Virus record (IMG/VR): IMGVR_UViG_3300030616_000506
Coordinates: 64,001 to 128,000 of that record
From: a virus
DNA: 64,000 nucleotides
Strand: one strand, 5' to 3'
The stretch's first letter is position 1. Each line of letters begins with the position of its first letter. Positions 1-10,275 of the stretch are shown here, one piece after another. Both the position numbers and the translations under genes were made by a program. The notes beneath the pieces were generated by a model. That model did not search any database and had not been told where the DNA came from. It saw nothing but the letters and a program-made list of their open reading frames with translations.

Positions 1-371
1 ATGGCTTTAGTTTTAGTAGTTATTTTTTCCTTTACTGATTCTATATCTAAACCATAAGTTTTATCCTCTATATCAGCAAAGACTGGTTTGGCACCAACAA
101 ATGCTACTGAGTTTGCTGTTGAAATAAAGGTAAAGGAAGGTACTATCACTTCATCTCCTTGCTTTATATCATATGCTAACATCATAGCATGTAATGCAGC
201 AGTTCCATTACAAAATGCCAAGCAATGTTTCCTACCTGAAAAGTCTGCTACTCTTTTTTCTAAATCTTCTATTTCTGGACCGACTGCCCAGAAATTTCCT
301 CTTTTTATAACTGATGTTATTGATGATATGTCTTCCTTACTCCAAATCATTTTATAGAGTGGTACATTCAT
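1..371 (-). CDS. DegT/DnrJ/EryC1/StrS PLP-dependent sugar aminotransferase (runs off window edge)
   Basis: Not in ORF track. Manual translation MNVPLYKMIWSKEDISSITSVIKRGNFWAVGPEIEDLE...NGTAALHAMM...GDEVIVPSFTFISTANSVAFVGAKPVFADI; ATG overlaps the stop of 368..1519. Confidence 0.9.
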   Translation of the reverse strand, partial: MNVPLYKMIWSKEDISSITSVIKRGNFWAVGPEIEDLEKRVADFSGRKHCLAFCNGTAALHAMMLAYDIKQGDEVIVPSFTFISTANSVAFVGAKPVFADIEDKTYGLDIESVKEKITTKTKA

Positions 372-1519
372 TCAGCCTTTCCTCCATTTATAAGTGCCTC
401 AAGTATATTTTTCTTTCTTTCCCAAGAGAATTTCCTCCTCTCGAAGATATTTCTATTCCAATATTTCTCTACTATTGTCCAGAACTCTTTATGAGTATAA
501 CCAGTAAAGTCTAACCAATCATCTAGTATTTTCTGATCTAGTTTATGGTCATTATTCAATACTAATTTAACTGCAGTATCCCTATCGATATATCCATTCC
601 ATATCCAATAACAAGCTACATCGGTTGCTCTAGAGAAACCTAATTTTGGATATTTTAACCAAGAGTTCAATAAGTATCCTGGAGTATCTATTGCATCATA
701 GTCCTCTATGTAACCTGATCTTTTCCATTCATTAGATAAATCCTTGAAACCGAATTTCTCTGCAAGTTTGTGGTTAGTTCTTCCATCCCATGGTATAAAG
801 TAACTTAAATATATAGGATCGAGTTTAGCATTATCTATATCCTTCTTTGTGGGATATTTGAGTGCATTCAAATCTTTTTCATTTATCCCCTTACTCTTCC
901 AATATTTTAAATCTAGTGGTGTAGCTACAGTGTTATATATTTGTTCTTTAGCTGAATAAGTATCCTTATTCTGTACTCCTCCATACATAAAGCTAACATC
1001 CTCTCCATACACAACTAGTGAGATATTATAATTAATTGCTACTCTTAAAGGAACTACATAAAGAGCTAAATCTAGTGGCATAGCACCAAAACAACTCTCT
1101 TCAAATGCAATTCTTGTCATTTTTCTGGCTACATCTCTATTTAGATTGATAGATATAACATCACATCCAAATACATCGCTCATATTATTAAAGTTATGTA
1201 GTCCTGCTTTAGTCCATCCAAAGTATGTAGCTACATTTACCAATAAGGGATTCATCCCTAATACTTCCTTCATTATATAAATCTGGTAATAGCTATCCTT
1301 TCCGCCACTTACTCCAATTACACAATCATAATACCCATCATCTCTTCTATATTTATTACATAACTTAACTAATTCCTTCCATCTCTTATTCCAATCTATG
1401 GTTTTTCTATAGTCGTTAGACTTACAGGCAGAGCATATTCCATCTTCTCCTATAACTACTCCTGGTTTAGTGTTAGGTAATACACATTTCTTACAATACT
1501 TTATCATATTTCTCTCCAC
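368..1519 (-). CDS. N-acetyl sugar amidotransferase (WbuX/PtmG/WbpG-like PP-loop ATPase)
   Basis: N-terminal CKKCVLPNTKP..CSAC, PP-loop DCVIGVSGGKDSYY, YPKLGFSRATD. Confidence 0.88.
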   Translation of the reverse strand: MERNMIKYCKKCVLPNTKPGVVIGEDGICSACKSNDYRKTIDWNKRWKELVKLCNKYRRDDGYYDCVIGVSGGKDSYYQIYIMKEVLGMNPLLVNVATYFGWTKAGLHNFNNMSDVFGCDVISINLNRDVARKMTRIAFEESCFGAMPLDLALYVVPLRVAINYNISLVVYGEDVSFMYGGVQNKDTYSAKEQIYNTVATPLDLKYWKSKGINEKDLNALKYPTKKDIDNAKLDPIYLSYFIPWDGRTNHKLAEKFGFKDLSNEWKRSGYIEDYDAIDTPGYLLNSWLKYPKLGFSRATDVACYWIWNGYIDRDTAVKLVLNNDHKLDQKILDDWLDFTGYTHKEFWTIVEKYWNRNIFERRKFSWERKKNILEALINGGKAE

Positions 1520-1935
1520 TCATTATCTATAACATCAAATAGGATAGTTTTATCTCCACTTCCTCTGATTATACTTCTGGCTCTAACTTTAATGTTTGCT
1601 GGTATATTTGAGTTTGGTAATATAAGAGTATATGCTCCTATCACGGTATTGTCTCCTATACTTATTTTTCCATTGATTCCACTCTCAGTATCTTCTGATA
1701 TAATGGAACAATGAGGACCCATCTGAACATTATCTCCTATTTCTATAATATATTTAGCATTCATATGTGTAAAGTTCCCTATATCAATATTTTTACCCAA
1801 TTTTAAATTATCTGAATGTAAACATCTCCATCCATATTTTTTTCCTATTGGACATGATTTCCATCCTGAATCCTCATATGCCCAACCATCTTCATCAAAT
1901 ATAGGGTTTTTCCAATTTTTAAATCTATTCATCAA
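1504..1935 (-). CDS. hexapeptide-repeat acyltransferase
   Basis: LbH repeats LGKNIDIGNFT, IGDNVQMGPHC, IGDNTVIGAYT. Confidence 0.75.
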   Translation of the reverse strand: MMNRFKNWKNPIFDEDGWAYEDSGWKSCPIGKKYGWRCLHSDNLKLGKNIDIGNFTHMNAKYIIEIGDNVQMGPHCSIISEDTESGINGKISIGDNTVIGAYTLILPNSNIPANIKVRARSIIRGSGDKTILFDVIDNEWREI

Positions 1936-2665
1936 TCAAATCAGCTTCCCATATTATTAACTTTTTACCATCTTTCTCTATATATGCTCCTCTATATGGA
2001 TAACTTAAAGCTCTAATTTTTTTATAAATATCATCTATATCATCATCTAGATTTATTTTATTATCTTTTAATTTAGGTTTATCAAAATAAATAGCTTTAT
2101 TCTTATCCTGGGGTATCCTAGGAGCAGTTCCATTCAATATTTTTGGTATATATTTTTTAATAAGTTCTTGACCACATTCTATCACATAACTATATACATC
2201 AGAGGAATCGCTATTCTCTCCTAAAGTGAAAGTGGATTGTCCTATTATATCTCCGGAGTCCATTTCTTCATTTATGTAGAACATAGTAACTCCAGATTCA
2301 GTAATATCATTTAATATAGTATTTATTATGGGAGCTGGACCTCTACCGAATGGTAATAATGTAGGATGGAATCCTATAAAGGTATATTTATCTAGTAGTT
2401 TCTTATCTATTATCTGTCTCCAACCAGCTACTATAATTATATCAGGTTTTAATCTGTCTAGTAATTCTTCCTGCTCATTTATATTATCTATTTTATATAA
2501 AGGTAATTCAAATACCTCAAAGTTATTATTAATATCATACATAATTGTTTTAGATTCAGATGATAAAGTTATTATGGCATCTACTATTCTACCCTTATAC
2601 ATTCTAGTTAGAGTCTGCAATAAATGCCATCCGAAGTCATTAGCTGATAACCATACTATTTTCAT
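1925..2665 (-). CDS. sugar N-formyltransferase
   Basis: FHPTLLPFGRGPAP, GVTMFYINEEMDSGDII, IRALSYPYRGAY; glycan locus context. Confidence 0.85.
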   Translation of the reverse strand: MKIVWLSANDFGWHLLQTLTRMYKGRIVDAIITLSSESKTIMYDINNNFEVFELPLYKIDNINEQEELLDRLKPDIIIVAGWRQIIDKKLLDKYTFIGFHPTLLPFGRGPAPIINTILNDITESGVTMFYINEEMDSGDIIGQSTFTLGENSDSSDVYSYVIECGQELIKKYIPKILNGTAPRIPQDKNKAIYFDKPKLKDNKINLDDDIDDIYKKIRALSYPYRGAYIEKDGKKLIIWEADLIDE

Positions 2666-3312
2666 ATTATCTCCCTAATTAATTTAAATCCTTCTGCATA
2701 TGATGTATTAATTTCAGATCCTCTTTTTCTTGCTAGTGCAGTTATTCCACTTATTGATCTTGGATGTGGATGCTCCTTTAATTCACTACTATAGCATTCC
2801 ATGGCTTGTAATTTCTTTTTTATAAATTTGGATATATCTACGTATACATTTGGTGTAAATCCATAGAGTCCCCACTCAGTCTCTGATAATGTCTCATACA
2901 TAAATACTTTCTTTATATCACATCTATCAGGTCTAGAGGCAACCAATGAGCATTCTGAAATTTTTATATGATCTTGATGTAAATCTCCATTATATGGTAT
3001 ATATAGAATATCAGGTTTAATATCTTTAATTACTTCTGATATTTTATCTATAAGAGTAGAATAATCTATATATTTAGTTAAATCAGTTGTTGGTAATCCA
3101 AGTGATATAGAACTACTTATACCAAGAGTTTTACAGGATTTTAATATTTCATTCTCTCTGTTATTTATATAATCAATAGACCACTTAGGTTGATGAGGTT
3201 TACTAACTATACATAGATTTATCTCTTGTCCTTCATTACTATATCTAGCTATAGTTCCACCACATCCTAAAACTTCATCATCTCCATGTGGAGCTATAAT
3301 TAAGATTTTCAT
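2662..3312 (-). CDS. PIG-L/LmbE family N-deacetylase
   Basis: APHGDDEVLGCGG, DLHQDH, YETLSETEW. Confidence 0.9.
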   Translation of the reverse strand: MKILIIAPHGDDEVLGCGGTIARYSNEGQEINLCIVSKPHQPKWSIDYINNRENEILKSCKTLGISSSISLGLPTTDLTKYIDYSTLIDKISEVIKDIKPDILYIPYNGDLHQDHIKISECSLVASRPDRCDIKKVFMYETLSETEWGLYGFTPNVYVDISKFIKKKLQAMECYSSELKEHPHPRSISGITALARKRGSEINTSYAEGFKLIREII

Positions 3313-4118
3313 AATATCTCTCTAATAAATTTTATTACATTATCACTAGCATGCTTAATAGACATATCAGCTACTTTACTTTCTCTATCTTTATTTCTTT
3401 TTCCTATAGATATAATCTGATCTGGCTTTATTAAGAAATGAGCTTCATAGTATTGACATGAGGAATTTGTAATAAATCTATTACAATCCTTTAATAATCT
3501 AAGAAATTCTGGTCTAGGTAAGTTATAATGAGTAACCATATTCTCTAGTAAATCTGAATATTTATCTCCATTAGGTTCTATCCAAATATAGTTAAAGTCT
3601 CTAATCTTTTCGATATTTTCTATCTCTTTTAAGATATTCTCTTCCGATTCTCTAGTAACTGGATTATATAATATAAGATCATAATCTCCTTTCTTTACTC
3701 CATACTCTTTTGTTATATCAATTTCTTCATCCACTTCTAGATTATCTAACATTATATTACCTATTGTTATAACACAATATTTTTTATCAACACTTTTACA
3801 AAGGTCCTTCACTCTTTGCTTTGCTTTATTATTTGTACATAACTGAAAATCACTCATTAGTGTTATAGCATGTCTATATACATCATCATGTAATTCAAAG
3901 CTAGACTTCTCACCTGCCCATAGATGAATTATTTTTTTATTCTCTCTATATCTTTCCAAAACAAAGTCAAATGTTTCTTTTCTATCCCCAACAGCTAGTA
4001 TATAATCTGATTTCTCATAATCATCAGTATACATATCTTCACTTATTAACTTATCAACTAATTTGCTAATAGCTCCATTAGAAGCACGATTAAATGATGC
4101 TACAAAGATCTTAGGCAT
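3309..4118 (-). CDS. neuC: UDP-N-acetylglucosamine 2-epimerase, NeuC/LegG-like (shortened)
   Basis: VGDRKET, HLWAGEKS, DDVYRHAIT, ITNSSC; adjacent to neuB and neuA. Confidence 0.7.
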   Translation of the reverse strand: MPKIFVASFNRASNGAISKLVDKLISEDMYTDDYEKSDYILAVGDRKETFDFVLERYRENKKIIHLWAGEKSSFELHDDVYRHAITLMSDFQLCTNNKAKQRVKDLCKSVDKKYCVITIGNIMLDNLEVDEEIDITKEYGVKKGDYDLILYNPVTRESEENILKEIENIEKIRDFNYIWIEPNGDKYSDLLENMVTHYNLPRPEFLRLLKDCNRFITNSSCQYYEAHFLIKPDQIISIGKRNKDRESKVADMSIKHASDNVIKFIREIL

Positions 4119-4771
4119 TTAACCATCCTACCAAATTGCTCTGGATTTATAGATACCAACTTATCAGGAGTATTCATATTATGAGTTAATGTTATATGTT
4201 TCTCAACTACTGAGTATTTTCTATCATAATATAAACCTCTAGTGTGATCTGATATACCTACATTATATCCCAATTTTTCTAATTCCTCTACTCTTTCTAG
4301 ATGTGAATTAAAACAAGGATATTTACTAACACAATGTAATAATGTTACATTAGCATCAGGAATATATGATAATGCTTTCTCTATTTCTTCTAAAGTTGCC
4401 ATCCCATCTTTGTGGATTAGACTTCCAGTACTTAGTAAGATAGGCTTATCTTTACTAGCTACCTCTCTTAAGAAGTTTATATTTCCTAAGTATGTACTAG
4501 CTATCTTATACATAGGTACTAAATCATCTAACATATGTATAGATTCAAAGGTATGAGGAGTACATAAAAAGGTTATATTTTTCTTATCACAATATTCTTT
4601 TAAATCTCTAAAATCTTTATCAAATAACCAATATTTTTGAAGATTCCTAATATGATAAATTCTCTGAAATTTTATTGCATCGGCATCTGCATCTTTAGCT
4701 GCATCAACTAATTTCTTAGCTATTTCTACATCTCCATTATGATTTATTCCAGCTTCAGCTATTATTATCAT
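4100..4771 (-). CDS. neuB: nonulosonic acid synthase (NeuB/LegI-like), no C-terminal SAF domain
   Basis: IIAEAGINHNGD, ADAIKFQ, LLSTG, LLHCVSKYP, GISDHT, VEKHITL. Confidence 0.88.
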   Translation of the reverse strand: MIIIAEAGINHNGDVEIAKKLVDAAKDADADAIKFQRIYHIRNLQKYWLFDKDFRDLKEYCDKKNITFLCTPHTFESIHMLDDLVPMYKIASTYLGNINFLREVASKDKPILLSTGSLIHKDGMATLEEIEKALSYIPDANVTLLHCVSKYPCFNSHLERVEELEKLGYNVGISDHTRGLYYDRKYSVVEKHITLTHNMNTPDKLVSINPEQFGRMVKCLRSL

Positions 4772-5465
4772 TTTCTACTATCACTACCTTTAAATTATAT
4801 AATAAATTTAACCCATTAAATAACATTCTCTTATTATTACAATAAACTGTCCAAGCTCTAATGGAATCTTTACTCTCTTTTATATCAAATGGCATTATAT
4901 GTTCTCTATGTTTGATTTTATATCCATTTTTTCCTAAAAAATTTTCTATAAAAGATATAGGAAATAGATTATATCCAGATTGCCAATATTCCTTATTTTT
5001 AGTTCTAAATTTTAATTTAACTTCTATATCATAGTCATTAAATATTGATACTAATATTAATATTCCATTATACTTAAGATGTTTTAAAACATTTTTTAAA
5101 ACTAATTTATAATCTTCAAATATAGTTAGAACTCCAACCATAGTTATTACATCAAATTTTTTATTTAAATTAAATTTTTTTACATCATCCACAAAAAATT
5201 CTATATTTTCCTTACTAAATCTTTCTTTAGCATTATTTATTAAGTTATCACTATTATCAAATGCATACAATTTATTTCTAATATTTAAACTTCTTTGTAG
5301 ATAAACTGGTAATTCTCCAGATGCTGTACCTATATCTAATATATCTATATATTCACTGTCATATCTTTTCTCTACAATATTTCTTATTTCCTTGTATATC
5401 TCTTTTATCATAAAGTTATCTCCCTCCTTTTTATAAATATAATCATTATCTATCATTTCTATCAT
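4755..5465 (-). CDS. class I SAM-dependent methyltransferase
   Basis: ILDIGTASG motif I, FDVITM. Confidence 0.8.
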   Translation of the reverse strand: MIEMIDNDYIYKKEGDNFMIKEIYKEIRNIVEKRYDSEYIDILDIGTASGELPVYLQRSLNIRNKLYAFDNSDNLINNAKERFSKENIEFFVDDVKKFNLNKKFDVITMVGVLTIFEDYKLVLKNVLKHLKYNGILILVSIFNDYDIEVKLKFRTKNKEYWQSGYNLFPISFIENFLGKNGYKIKHREHIMPFDIKESKDSIRAWTVYCNNKRMLFNGLNLLYNLKVVIVENDNNS

Positions 5466-6030
5466 TTTTACTCTCCATATAGTATCTAGCTAGCCTAAAA
5501 TCTTCATATGTATCTATATCTAATGAAGATTCTCTATCCATTAAAATAAATCCCATATTTTTTGTATAAATCTTATCCTTAAATACATATACTGCACCAT
5601 TTGGATAATATACATATGGAGCGATTTCTTTTACTGAGATAACTGATTCAAAGCTACCTTTTATATAAGTTTCTATACATTTATCTATATGCTTAGCTTT
5701 TCTTAAAGGAGATGTTGGTTGTAATAATACATAAAAATCTGGTTTGTGATCATGAGGTATCCATAAATCTAAGTCATCAACAACTTCTTGTGATGTAGCT
5801 GTATCTGTAGCTAACTCTCTAGGTCTATCTCTTTCCTTTAATCCATATTTCTTACCTATCTTTAATACTACTGGATCATCAGATGATATAAATATATCAT
5901 TTATATATTTAGATTTCTTAGCTTCTTCTATGGCATATTCAATTAAGGTCTTATTATTTATAGTTCTTATATTCTTATGTGGTAATCTTTTTGATCCCTT
6001 TCTAGCTGGTATAATTCCGTATATTTTCAT
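5446..6030 (-). CDS. neuA: CMP-nonulosonate synthetase (acylneuraminate cytidylyltransferase)
   Basis: IIPARKGSKRLPHKN, LLQPTSPLR, NGAVY, DIDTYEDF. Confidence 0.9.
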   Translation of the reverse strand: MKIYGIIPARKGSKRLPHKNIRTINNKTLIEYAIEEAKKSKYINDIFISSDDPVVLKIGKKYGLKERDRPRELATDTATSQEVVDDLDLWIPHDHKPDFYVLLQPTSPLRKAKHIDKCIETYIKGSFESVISVKEIAPYVYYPNGAVYVFKDKIYTKNMGFILMDRESSLDIDTYEDFRLARYYMESKNDRNDR

Positions 6031-6031
6031 A

Positions 6032-6892
6032 TTAAAAATTATGTGCTGGATAGCAATCCTTACATAATGTTAGAGCTCTGTGATTCATATTATCTAGTAA
6101 GGCTCTAATCCCATCCAACTGTGGATTATTATTCCATATATCATATAAGGAATTTTTATGTATATTTCCTATAGTTAATAAATTATCATAATCTCCACAA
6201 CATGCTGTTACCTTTCCATCCCAATCTACACTTAATTTTCTATGAACCTCAGTACAAGGTATATGACATCTCTTAGTTGTTTGATCTAACCTTTCCCAGT
6301 TTGTCTTACCTACACTTACTTCATCTACTATTTTAGACCATTTATTTAAGAATCTATTTTTTCCTTTAATATCATCAGCTGTAGTTGTTATATGTATATA
6401 GGGTTTATCTCTATCTCTTCTCATTTCTACTAATTTCTTTATATTAGCTTCAAGTATATCATATGGAGCTCCTCTAATGTATTCATACTCCTTTTTGTTT
6501 AATCCTTGCATTGAAAATATGATTGAATCTAATTTCATATCAATTATTGCTCTCATATTAGATTCTGATATAACTAATCCATTATTTGTTATATGTAATA
6601 AGTGATCAGATGATTTTATCAAATTTGAGAAATCTATTATATGAGGATGTAAGAAAGGCTCTCCCCATCTAATAAATCTAATACCGACATCTTTTCCCTT
6701 AATTTGTTTTAATATTAAGTTAAATGTCTCTCTAGACATAAATCCTTTATCTCTCTTCATTATATTTCTAGAGCACATTTTACACATTAAGTTACAATGA
6801 TTAGTTAATTCTACATCTATTATAAGAGGAAAATCTCTACTCTTACTTAAATCATCATCGTAATATTTCCTAAAAGGATTATCTCTACTCAT
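6032..6892 (-). CDS. radical SAM/SPASM domain protein
   Basis: ELTNHCNLMCKMC, GEPFLHP, C-terminal PC..VDWDGKVTACC..CKDC. Confidence 0.88.
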   Translation of the reverse strand: MSRDNPFRKYYDDDLSKSRDFPLIIDVELTNHCNLMCKMCSRNIMKRDKGFMSRETFNLILKQIKGKDVGIRFIRWGEPFLHPHIIDFSNLIKSSDHLLHITNNGLVISESNMRAIIDMKLDSIIFSMQGLNKKEYEYIRGAPYDILEANIKKLVEMRRDRDKPYIHITTTADDIKGKNRFLNKWSKIVDEVSVGKTNWERLDQTTKRCHIPCTEVHRKLSVDWDGKVTACCGDYDNLLTIGNIHKNSLYDIWNNNPQLDGIRALLDNMNHRALTLCKDCYPAHNF

Positions 6893-7653
6893 TAATCTCC
6901 ACCACTTAAAGTGAATATTTCACCTGATGAAAAACTTCCATAATCTGATGCTAGGAATTCTATCATTCCAGCTATCTCTTCTGGTTTACCTGCTCTACCT
7001 AGGGGTATCATCTTAATTCGTTTTTCTTTATCTCTATCAGTTCTTCCAAGCTTATCATGTATTGGAGTATCAGTATATCCAGGTCTTATACAATTAACTA
7101 ATATATTATGTTTAACTCCTTCTTTTGCAAATCTAAGAGACATAGATTCTATTCCTATTTTTGATACTGCATAATGTACTGTATTAGGACTTCCCCCATA
7201 CTTAACTGATATGGAGCTCAAATTAATTATCTTACCTCCACCATTATTCATCATAAATGTGTATGCATCTCTCATAAGAAAGTATGTAGCGAATAAGTTA
7301 AGATTTAACATCTCTATGAAATCTGATTTTTCTAGATTTAGAAAATTTCTTGAAGAAATTGTTCCTGCATTGTTAACTAGTATATCTATTTTACCATAGT
7401 GATTTATAAACCTACTAACTAGAGATTTGACAAATCTCTCATCTGTAAGATCTCCTTTAAAGATTTTACATTTATCTCCTTCTAAATGCTTGATTTTATC
7501 TATATTAGAGTTACAACACACTCCAACATAAGCTCCATCCTTAAGAAACATCTTAACTGCTTCTAGACCTATTCCAGAGCTTCCTCCAGTTATTAATACT
7601 CTCTTATTATTTATTCCCCTCATAGTATTTAACCCAGTTTTCAAAGTTTTCAC
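6892..7653 (-). CDS. SDR family NAD(P)-dependent oxidoreductase
   Basis: ITGGSSGIG, NNAG, YAVSK; true start probably about 7623. Confidence 0.9.
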   Translation of the reverse strand: MKTLKTGLNTMRGINNKRVLITGGSSGIGLEAVKMFLKDGAYVGVCCNSNIDKIKHLEGDKCKIFKGDLTDERFVKSLVSRFINHYGKIDILVNNAGTISSRNFLNLEKSDFIEMLNLNLFATYFLMRDAYTFMMNNGGGKIINLSSISVKYGGSPNTVHYAVSKIGIESMSLRFAKEGVKHNILVNCIRPGYTDTPIHDKLGRTDRDKEKRIKMIPLGRAGKPEEIAGMIEFLASDYGSFSSGEIFTLSGGD

Positions 7654-8491
7654 TACCTATTAGAACTCCCTTAACATCACATTCTTTACAAGGTATTATA
7701 TTTCTATCCTTTTTATATAGAGATCTTCTTATTTTATCCAAACTATCTCCATTCCATATTTCAAATATGTGACTATTTTCTATGGATCCAACTATAACTT
7801 GTTTTCTCCAATCATGTGGACAACATATAACATCTCCATTATAATCTATCATAACCTGATAGAATGGATAATAGCAACTTCTTTTAAGTGGTTTTTTCAA
7901 TGGAGAGACATTTGTATTATCTATAGATATCATTCCAGCTCTATTAGATAATATTATCCCAAAGTTTTCTTCTACTGTATAATATCTTTTTCTTAATTTT
8001 ATATTATCTTCTTTTAATTTTAACTTACTTTTTATATCATTAAAGTGTTTTACTTGAAATTCTCCATCGTATAAACTAATAAGTAATGTATCTAAACCTT
8101 TATCCATTAGTGATTTTATTTTATGTTCTGTTGCAAAGTCTCCATTAGTTATTATTTCTAAATGAGTATTTGGATTATACTTTTTAGTTAAATATATTAA
8201 CTCTTCTAACTCTGGATGTAATAGAGGCTCTGAAAATCCAGAGAATAAAATAGTTCCATTAAAATTTATTCCTTTAAGATCTTCCATCAATTTTTCGTAG
8301 AGTTTTACATCCATATATTCATCTTTATTACCATATAACTCTTCATTATATCTTGGACAAAACTTACATTTTCTATTACATAGTCCAAGTATATTTATTT
8401 CTACTAATGAAAACATAGGTACATTCTTGTATTTAGATATGTAATTACTTAAAAGTTTATCTTTTCTATTTAAATTAGTATCTATAGTCAT
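7607..8491 (-). CDS. radical SAM/SPASM domain protein
   Basis: CNRKCKFC, SEPLLHP, CYYPF..NGDVICC..CKEC. Confidence 0.88.
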   Translation of the reverse strand: MTIDTNLNRKDKLLSNYISKYKNVPMFSLVEINILGLCNRKCKFCPRYNEELYGNKDEYMDVKLYEKLMEDLKGINFNGTILFSGFSEPLLHPELEELIYLTKKYNPNTHLEIITNGDFATEHKIKSLMDKGLDTLLISLYDGEFQVKHFNDIKSKLKLKEDNIKLRKRYYTVEENFGIILSNRAGMISIDNTNVSPLKKPLKRSCYYPFYQVMIDYNGDVICCPHDWRKQVIVGSIENSHIFEIWNGDSLDKIRRSLYKKDRNIIPCKECDVKGVLIGSENFENWVKYYEGNK

Positions 8492-9428
8492 TCTCCATCT
8501 CCTTTATAAGCTCTATACTATTTTCTGATGCTATATTCCTTATATTATTTCTAATATTAGATCTTTCACTTGAGTCTATATTTCTAGGACATTTTTCTTT
8601 CTTTAGAATTCTCTTATATCTTTTATGTATATCTCTACCAATAAATTTTTCTAACTCATTACAGATTGGATATGGATTAGTAATAAAACTATCAAAATCT
8701 ATAAAGTAAACTTTTTGTTTATCTTTATTGTTTAAATTATTATAAGCTTGCATATCGCTTTTCTCTAAATTATAAACCATCTTCACTACTCTATCTATAG
8801 GTTTCATCTTAAGATAATCTACTTCCCAATCAATAGCATATATAGGTATTGTGTATCCCTTCCAATCGTATGTTAATTCTATTGTAGATGGATCTACTCC
8901 TATTCTATCTCCAAATCCTCTCTTGTAAATAGCATTAATCACATCTAATGGGTTTCTCTTTATATAAATCAGTTTTAATCTTTTATCAAATGATTTCAAT
9001 AGAATATTTATATCAGTTAAAGCATTTGCTTTCATATTTTGAAATATTGGTTTATTATTTATTATTTCTTCATTTATCTTTTCTCTTTCTCCTCTGAATA
9101 TCCTTTTTATATAATCTAAAGGATAAGGATACTTAGTGAAAGAAGTACCGTCAGTTAATCTAAAGTTTATATCTCTTCCTATATACAATTCATATAATCT
9201 TCTATCTGTTTCTGATTTTAATAAAGTTATAGCTACATCCTCACTAATTTTTCCTAATCTATAAAGAGATAATATATAATAGAAAGAGTAATCTTCTTTG
9301 GATTTTTCAACTCCTTTATAACACTCTAGCAATCTAGATAATATTATCTTTCCTGAACTACAATGTCCATCAATAAATATTACATCTGATGGATATGTGT
9401 TATTTCTTATTAAATTTATATTATTCAT
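8475..9428 (-). CDS. sulfotransferase-fold (P-loop) protein
   Basis: IFIDGHCSSGK, YIKRNPLDVINA, FDSFITNPYPICNELEKFIG. Confidence 0.65.
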   Translation of the reverse strand: MNNINLIRNNTYPSDVIFIDGHCSSGKIILSRLLECYKGVEKSKEDYSFYYILSLYRLGKISEDVAITLLKSETDRRLYELYIGRDINFRLTDGTSFTKYPYPLDYIKRIFRGEREKINEEIINNKPIFQNMKANALTDINILLKSFDKRLKLIYIKRNPLDVINAIYKRGFGDRIGVDPSTIELTYDWKGYTIPIYAIDWEVDYLKMKPIDRVVKMVYNLEKSDMQAYNNLNNKDKQKVYFIDFDSFITNPYPICNELEKFIGRDIHKRYKRILKKEKCPRNIDSSERSNIRNNIRNIASENSIELIKEMENDYRY

Positions 9429-10275
9429 CCATGATTCCTTTGTATGTTAACTTATTATCTATATACAATTTACTATTTTTAGATGTTATATATATTCCAT
9501 CCATTCCTTCTTCTCTTATCTCTTGGTCCATCCATTGAATTGTATCTGACATTCCTCTTATTATTCTATTATGCCATTCAGGTCTAGGCCATGGTGTATC
9601 TGTTATGTGAGTTTTATTAGGATCCAATCTATTATTATTTTTCATTCTAAATTCCAGATCAGATAATCTATTCTTTAAAATTACATTTTCGAATACTTCT
9701 CTAACTTTATCATGTTTTATCCATTTTTCTGTATCTTCATAGAAATCCCTTTGACAATTTAAATCTATTCCTATTAATCTAATTTCTGTAGCACCTAGTA
9801 TCAATGCACAATTTATAGCTGCTGATAGAGAACCTCTAAATCTAAATAGAGGTTGATTAAAATTATGAGCTCTACATTGTTTAAATGTATGAGGAGGATC
9901 TCTTTCATCTGTAAACCATGGAGTTCTACTTGGATAGAACCAAGCATTTCTTCTATAAATTGGAATAATCTTCTTAAAACCCTTCTTTATAGCATACTCT
10001 ATATCTTCTGGGTAATATAAGAGTAAAGTTGTATCAAAATTTTTATATAGAGATAGTATATCTAATTTGATATCAAACGTTCTTTCCTTCTTATTGTAAA
10101 TACTATCTATATTAGAGTTTGGTCTTTCATATGTCATAAAGTATTTAGTTGGTATACCACAATAAGGCCAACCACCAAAAGATAATGTATTTTTATCTTT
10201 GAGATATTCCCACTCTTCTTCTGTTATTTCATCTACTGATGGACCTGTGCCCATCACATAAAATATGTTGCTCAT
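9421..10275 (-). CDS. Maf/DUF115- or Cst-like nonulosonate transferase candidate
   Basis: FYVMGTGPSV and GSLSAAINCALILGATEIRLIGIDL motifs; neuABC context. Confidence 0.6.
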   Translation of the reverse strand: MSNIFYVMGTGPSVDEITEEEWEYLKDKNTLSFGGWPYCGIPTKYFMTYERPNSNIDSIYNKKERTFDIKLDILSLYKNFDTTLLLYYPEDIEYAIKKGFKKIIPIYRRNAWFYPSRTPWFTDERDPPHTFKQCRAHNFNQPLFRFRGSLSAAINCALILGATEIRLIGIDLNCQRDFYEDTEKWIKHDKVREVFENVILKNRLSDLEFRMKNNNRLDPNKTHITDTPWPRPEWHNRIIRGMSDTIQWMDQEIREEGMDGIYITSKNSKLYIDNKLTYKGIMDE

